Shown here: positions 59,121-64,000 of the stretch, in pieces
Numbering within the stretch: the stretch's first letter is position 1
Layout of the letters: every line of letters begins with the position of its first letter
Assembly (NCBI GenBank): GCA_026419835.1
Contig: JAOAKQ010000003.1
Coordinates: 123,237 to 187,236, forward strand
DNA length: 64,000 bases
DNA from: Sulfolobales archaeon
GTDB taxonomy: Archaea > Thermoproteota > Thermoprotei_A > Sulfolobales > NBVN01
Direction: 5' to 3'
The notes under the pieces: model-generated
Told to the model about the DNA's origin: nothing
The model's input: the letters and a program-made list of their open reading frames with translations, nothing else
Databases searched by the model: none
Position numbers and translations under genes: made by a program

Positions 59121-59897
59121 CTAGGTACTTACTCTATATGCCCACCTTACAGCTCTTTTCTCTACTACTCCCAGTATTTTAGATAGAGAGAACGCTGTGA
59201 AAGCTAGGAGCGTCAAACACGAGAAAGCTAGAGGAGTATCTAAACGTGAAGTTGATGATAGTATCACGTACCCTAGTCCACGGTCTGACGCTATCATTTC
59301 AGCTATTACGGTACCTACTAGAGCGCTAGCTAGTCCCATATGGAGAGAGCTTAGGAAGTAGGGCATCGATCTGGGTATTGCTACCTTAACCAGTATCTGC
59401 TTCTTCGAAGCCCCGAAGGAGACTAGCATTTCCCAGAGCTCTTTTTCAACCGTCACCATAGCTGTAAGTGTTGGTATGAGTATAGGGTAGAACGCTATTA
59501 AAAACGATGTGAGAACTCTCGGAAGACTTCCAAGACCGAACCATAGAGCTAGTAGTGGCACGAGGGCCGCTCTAGGTATGGCGTTGAAGCCAGCTACTAG
59601 CGGACTCACGACCTCTCTAACTACCTCACTGTAAGCTAGGAGAAGACTCAGTAGGAGTGAGAAAACGGCAGCTAGAGCTAGGCCGGCAACTGCGTGAGCG
59701 AGAGTGTTCAGTAAGTTCTCTAGGAGGTAGTTAGAGTATCTAGCGGTAGCTTCAATAACTGATGAGGGGGGTGGAAGCACGTATCTAGGTATCTTTACTA
59801 CGTAAGTAGATAGTTCCCATATAGCGAGAGTTAACAGTAGAACGATCACAGCACTAAAGACGTTCTTCACATCCTTACTGGAGCCCATCTCACTCAC
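59121..59897 (-). CDS. NitT/TauT ABC transporter permease
   Basis: LPPPS, EAA-like loop, AEMIAS..GLG. Confidence 0.9.
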   Translation of the reverse strand: MSEMGSSKDVKNVFSAVIVLLLTLAIWELSTYVVKIPRYVLPPPSSVIEATARYSNYLLENLLNTLAHAVAGLALAAVFSLLLSLLLAYSEVVREVVSPLVAGFNAIPRAALVPLLALWFGLGSLPRVLTSFLIAFYPILIPTLTAMVTVEKELWEMLVSFGASKKQILVKVAIPRSMPYFLSSLHMGLASALVGTVIAEMIASDRGLGYVILSSTSRLDTPLAFSCLTLLAFTAFSLSKILGVVEKRAVRWAYRVST

Positions 59898-60648
59898 TCA
59901 ACATACTCTTTATTTTAGCTACGTACTCGTTAAACTCCTTACTGTACTGGAGAGAGATATTCCTAGGTCTCTTAAACGGTATTTCTACTTCAGTTTTAAC
60001 TCTACCGGGCTTACCACTCATTACGACAACTCTATCTGATAGTAGAACCGCTTCTCTGATATCGTGTGTTACGAGTAGCGTAGTGTAGTTCTCGTAGAGA
60101 AAAACCGATTCGAGAAGAACCCACATCTCCTCTCTCGTTATAGCATCTAGAGAACTAAATGGCTCGTCTAGAAGCAGTAGCTGGGGTCTGTGTATGAGAG
60201 CTCTGCAGAGAGCTACTCTCTGCTGCATTCCCCCGGAGAGCTCCCACGGGTAGCTATACTCAAATCCCCTCAAACCGGTTCTCTCCATTAAAATGAGGGC
60301 TCTTTCGACGTAGTTCGCGGGGTCTTCCCCGATGATCTCTATTGGAAGAAGAATGTTTTCTAGAACGTTCCGCCACGGTAGGAGCAGTGGGGACTGGAAC
60401 ATTACGCCTATCTTCTTCTTAGAACCATTAAAAAAGCGCTCGCTATAAGCTACCTCACCTTCATCTGGCTTAATTAAGCCGGCTACTACCTTAAGTAGAG
60501 TAGTTTTCCCGCAACCACTTCTTCCAACTACAGCTACGAACTCCCCGGGTGATACACCTAAGTCTACGTTCGAGACCGCTGTGAGGTATCTACGGCCGTT
60601 GCTTCTATATCTTACGGTTACGTTCTTTAATCTAACTAGAGACTCCAT
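59890..60648 (-). CDS. NitT/TauT ABC transporter ATPase
   Basis: GRSGCGKTT, LSGGMQQR, LLDEPF. Confidence 0.93.
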   Translation of the reverse strand: MESLVRLKNVTVRYRSNGRRYLTAVSNVDLGVSPGEFVAVVGRSGCGKTTLLKVVAGLIKPDEGEVAYSERFFNGSKKKIGVMFQSPLLLPWRNVLENILLPIEIIGEDPANYVERALILMERTGLRGFEYSYPWELSGGMQQRVALCRALIHRPQLLLLDEPFSSLDAITREEMWVLLESVFLYENYTTLLVTHDIREAVLLSDRVVVMSGKPGRVKTEVEIPFKRPRNISLQYSKEFNEYVAKIKSMLSE

Positions 60649-60662
60649 TACATTTACCTAAG

Positions 60663-61718
60663 CTACGGCAATCTTTCTTCAAGAGGTGGTAGGTAGTTGA
60701 AGTCAGCTACTTCACTTAGTGAAGGTCTTCTCGAAAGTCCCAGTGTTTTAACTACTACATCTATGTTTTGCTCTATGATTGTGGGGTCTAGGTATCCAAA
60801 TCCGTACTTATCGACCACTTCCTTCACGTTGATTATCTCTAGAGCCATCATCAGTCTCTTCTTCTCCACCGTTTTGTTCAGTGTTGGGTCTCTCATTAGT
60901 ACGGCATTAACAGCGTCATCGATGTTTCTAATCGTGTACTTCAATCCTCTAATGAAGGCCCTCAGAAATCTTCTCACAGCGTCCGGATGCTTTCTCAGGA
61001 AGTCCTCGTTTACTAGTATTCCGTTCCCAACTATCGGTAGGTAGTCTCCGTACTTGAAGACAACTACCTCGTCTTCGGGAACCCCCAGGTTTAGTAGGTT
61101 TACTACTACCGTAGTGTAGAAGCCCGTAACGGCGTCTACCTCACCCCTCATAAGCATGGGCTCTCTCAGAGGTATATCCATAGTTACCCATGAAACCCTA
61201 CCTGGGTCGATGCCGGCGGCGGATGCGAATGCTGGGAACATCCTCCTCGCCGCATCACCCGCTGGTGCGCCGAGCTTCCTGCCCTCCAGGTCCCTGGGTG
61301 TCGATATACCGGTTCTCCTTAGGGTAACCGCGCTCAGCGGTGACTTAACGTGCACTATAGCTACTAGCTTTACCTTGGCATCCGGGTTCTTCGACTTGAA
61401 CTCTATGAGGGTGTTTATATCGCCGAAACCTATATCGAACACTCCCGCCGCAACATCACTTACAACTCTGGCTGAGCCATACCCCCTATCAACGGTTACC
61501 GAGAGACCCTCCTCAGCAAAGAAGCCCTTGTAGTACGCGACTAGGAACGGTGCCTGAGGTCCCTGGTAGGCCCAGTCCAGCGTGAACCTAACTAGAACCG
61601 CTTCACTACGCATAGCACTCTGACCGGCGAACCAACCCGCGGCGAAACCCCCGGCGAGACCTACTACTAGACCTACCAGTAGGCTGAGGACTGATACCCG
61701 AACCTTTAGAGACACCAT
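60663..61718 (-). CDS. NMT1/THI5-like ABC substrate-binding protein
   Basis: FTLDW...KGFFAEEGL.V...GS; N-terminal anchor. Confidence 0.88.
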   Translation of the reverse strand: MVSLKVRVSVLSLLVGLVVGLAGGFAAGWFAGQSAMRSEAVLVRFTLDWAYQGPQAPFLVAYYKGFFAEEGLSVTVDRGYGSARVVSDVAAGVFDIGFGDINTLIEFKSKNPDAKVKLVAIVHVKSPLSAVTLRRTGISTPRDLEGRKLGAPAGDAARRMFPAFASAAGIDPGRVSWVTMDIPLREPMLMRGEVDAVTGFYTTVVVNLLNLGVPEDEVVVFKYGDYLPIVGNGILVNEDFLRKHPDAVRRFLRAFIRGLKYTIRNIDDAVNAVLMRDPTLNKTVEKKRLMMALEIINVKEVVDKYGFGYLDPTIIEQNIDVVVKTLGLSRRPSLSEVADFNYLPPLEERLP

Positions 61719-62010
61719 ACACAGTACCAACTACTACAACATTGTGTAAACTTATAAATACGTTAGGTCTTGAAAATAATCAAGAAATTAACGCAATAAA
61801 GTTAAAACGTAACGTGAATGACGATGCGCTCATCTAGTTCCGCACCAGACCGACTGTAGGAACCTACACGAAATTCTCTAGCAGCTAATGCCGTCCGCAC
61901 TAACTAGGCCCCTAGAGCTCGCATATGGCACCTACCCTATGAGGCTAGCTGTAGTTCGCTTATCGAGAAATGGGTGTTCACGGCACACTGAACTTAGATA
62001 ACCACTATAG

Positions 62011-62087
62011 TGGTGGGCCCGCGGGGATTCGAACCCCGGACCTCCGCCGCGTCAGGGCGGCGTCCTAGCCAGCTAGACGACGGGCCC
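62011..62087 (-). tRNA. tRNA-Val(GAC), CCA encoded
   Basis: GGGCCCGTCGTCTAG...CCGCC-CT GAC GC-GGCGG...CGGGCCCACCA. Confidence 0.96.
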
Positions 62088-62457
62088 CCACAGAGTGAGT
62101 AGAGCAGCTCTAATAAGTCTTTAATAGTTGAGTTCCTCTAGGTAAGAAGATTCGCGCCGAACCTTGCTAAAAAGCTAGCAGTCGGTTGAGTATTAGTAGA
62201 AATTGTTTATGTCTACGATCTTGGATAGATCGAATCATTCATACCGAGATTCTTACTATAGAGAATATGGAACTGAGTGTGAGTATCGAGTTTGAGATAT
62301 TACTCTTTAAACTGGGCTTTAAGACACTTACGATACTTCAGTACGAACCCGAGACCGAGAGCTCGCAGGGTGGATGCTGAGACCTCGGCATCTGGTATGG
62401 TAGTTACTGAGAAGCTTTTTAAACTTCCTTAGCTGTATAGGTTGGGGGTGCTTAGAG

Positions 62458-63246
62458 ATAGTCGATATACCTACCGTTGCTTTAATAGTTGCGTTCTTGT
62501 TCATAGTCGTCCCCCTCCTAGCGTCCAGTATTAAGGTTCTCAAGGAGTACGAGAGGGGAGTGCTCTTTAGACTCGGGAGGCTTATGGGTGCTAGAGGTCC
62601 GGGGCTGTTCTTCATAATACCGTTCATAGACTCCCTGGCGAAGGTCGACTTAAGGATAATGACGATAGACGTACCGAAGCAGGAGATAATAACTAGAGAT
62701 AACGTCAGCGTTAAGGTGGACGCCGTGATATACTTCAGAGCGGACGAGCCCGTGAAGGCTATCACTAAGGTCTCTAACTACATGTACGCGGTGTCCCTAC
62801 TAGCGCAGACCGTCCTCAGGGACGTAGTGGGGCAGGTCGAGCTAGACGACCTACTGACTAAGCGAGACGAGATAAACAAGAGGATACAGGGAATAATTGA
62901 CGAGCTGACGACCCCCTGGGGCATCAAGGTGGTCTCCGTTACTCTGAAGTCCGTTGAGCTACCGGAGAGCATGGTCAGGGCTATGGCTACTCAGGCTGAA
63001 GCGGAGAGGTTGAGGAGGGCTAGGATAATTCAAGCTGAAGCCGAGAGGCAGGCAGCTAGAATACTTGGTGAAGCAGCTCAAACATACGAAGAGAATCCGA
63101 AAGCTCTGAGACTCAGAGAACTACAAACACTCGTTGAGATAGCTAGAGAGAAGAACCTAATAATCGTAACGGAGTCTTCATCTGTAATTGGAGCTTCACT
63201 CTCAGCAGCAGCGGCTGTACGCCAGATTCCCCAGGCTGGTAAGTAA
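62458..63246 (+). CDS. SPFH/stomatin (slipin) family protein (probable ATA start)
   Basis: EYERGVLFRLGR, GPGLFFIIP, ITRDNV, LRELQTL. Confidence 0.92.
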   Translation: MVDIPTVALIVAFLFIVVPLLASSIKVLKEYERGVLFRLGRLMGARGPGLFFIIPFIDSLAKVDLRIMTIDVPKQEIITRDNVSVKVDAVIYFRADEPVKAITKVSNYMYAVSLLAQTVLRDVVGQVELDDLLTKRDEINKRIQGIIDELTTPWGIKVVSVTLKSVELPESMVRAMATQAEAERLRRARIIQAEAERQAARILGEAAQTYEENPKALRLRELQTLVEIAREKNLIIVTESSSVIGASLSAAAAVRQIPQAGK

Positions 63247-64000
63247 TGTGTTTTTACAAGATAGCGCTCGCACTTCTTTTTGTACTAGCTCTACCAGCTA
63301 TCTCTACCGCAGCTAGCGTGTTAACTGTCGACACCCTAGTTCTCGTAAGGATAACCCCACCGTGGGATATGATCGACCCCGGTGTAGCTGAGTGCGTTCT
63401 AGACGTAATTACGTACGCGGAGTCTAGAAAGATCGGTGTACTAATAGAACTTGAAACATACGGTGGCTACCTAGACGCAGCTCTAACTATCGGAGATAGA
63501 ATAGCTACATCTAAGGTGCCCGTAGCCGTATACGTTTCCGGGGGTAAGGCCTTCAGTGCCGGTACTCTAATATCTCTTCCCGCACACGTAATCGTACTAT
63601 CTCCTATAGCTACTGTAGGAGCTATGCAGCCAGTTGCCATAAACCCTGTAACCGGGCAGTACGAACCGGTAAACGATTCTAAGATCATTAACCCCATAGT
63701 GGAGAAGGCCGTTTACTACGCTAAGCTTCGAAATAGAAATACTAGCGCCGCGGAGCTGTTCGTAGTTAGAAACCTAGTTCTATCCGCTGATGAAGCGGTA
63801 AGACAGGGAGTTGCTGACTACGTAGCGAGAGATGTGGGCGAAGTTCTTAGATACCTAGGTGGAAAGAACGTATCTGCTAACGGAGTGCTGTATTCCCTGC
63901 GCAAGTACCTTAGAGTTGAGGAGTACTCCTGCGGTATTAGGTCCAGATTTCTCTCGATACTGTCTAATACGCTACTATCGAGTGTACTAGTTACTATAGG
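63246..64000 (+). CDS. NfeD/STOPP-family membrane-bound ClpP-class protease (runs off window)
   Basis: manual translation: signal peptide, LETYGG, PVAVYV...AFSAG, VGAMQPV. Confidence 0.85.
   Translation, partial: MCFYKIALALLFVLALPAISTAASVLTVDTLVLVRITPPWDMIDPGVAECVLDVITYAESRKIGVLIELETYGGYLDAALTIGDRIATSKVPVAVYVSGGKAFSAGTLISLPAHVIVLSPIATVGAMQPVAINPVTGQYEPVNDSKIINPIVEKAVYYAKLRNRNTSAAELFVVRNLVLSADEAVRQGVADYVARDVGEVLRYLGGKNVSANGVLYSLRKYLRVEEYSCGIRSRFLSILSNTLLSSVLVTI

Noticed and set aside
61730-62000. Riboswitch upstream of the THI5-like ABC transporter
   Set aside because: No TPP aptamer consensus seen.
62458-64000. SPFH-NfeD pair as a novel system
   Set aside because: This is a well-known operon pair; only the order differs from the common one.

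Overview
This is a 64 kb core-genome segment of a thermophilic crenarchaeon (Thermoproteota, Desulfurococcales/Sulfolobales-like, inferred from Elf1, an ESCRT-III/CdvB paralog, a crenarchaeal-type arginine decarboxylase and a strong visual CTAG/TAG richness). It holds the S10/spc ribosomal protein cluster (split by an rtcB-containing insert), secY-adk-pelota, proS, tldD/E, mvk, GGGP synthase, tyw1, the rpl21e-rpoF-DUF655 cluster, an ABC transporter, four tRNAs (Gly-CCC, His-GTG, Phe-GAA with an 11-nt intron, Val-GAC) and one clear plus one degenerate C/D box sRNA. The most notable unexplained signal is three dispersed copies (about 4.1, 53.9 and 57.5 kb) of a conserved ~45-bp promoter-bearing leader fused to a 24-bp crenarchaeal CRISPR-type repeat (GAATCTGAAC[A/G]ATAGAATTGAAAG). 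There is no cas operon in the window, only a solo Cas4-like gene, and each copy points head-on into the 3' end of an opposite-strand ORF. Also seen: probable non-canonical (CTG/ATA) start codons, a perfect 25-bp duplication inside rpl2 without length change, and a frameshifted foreign-looking pseudogene.
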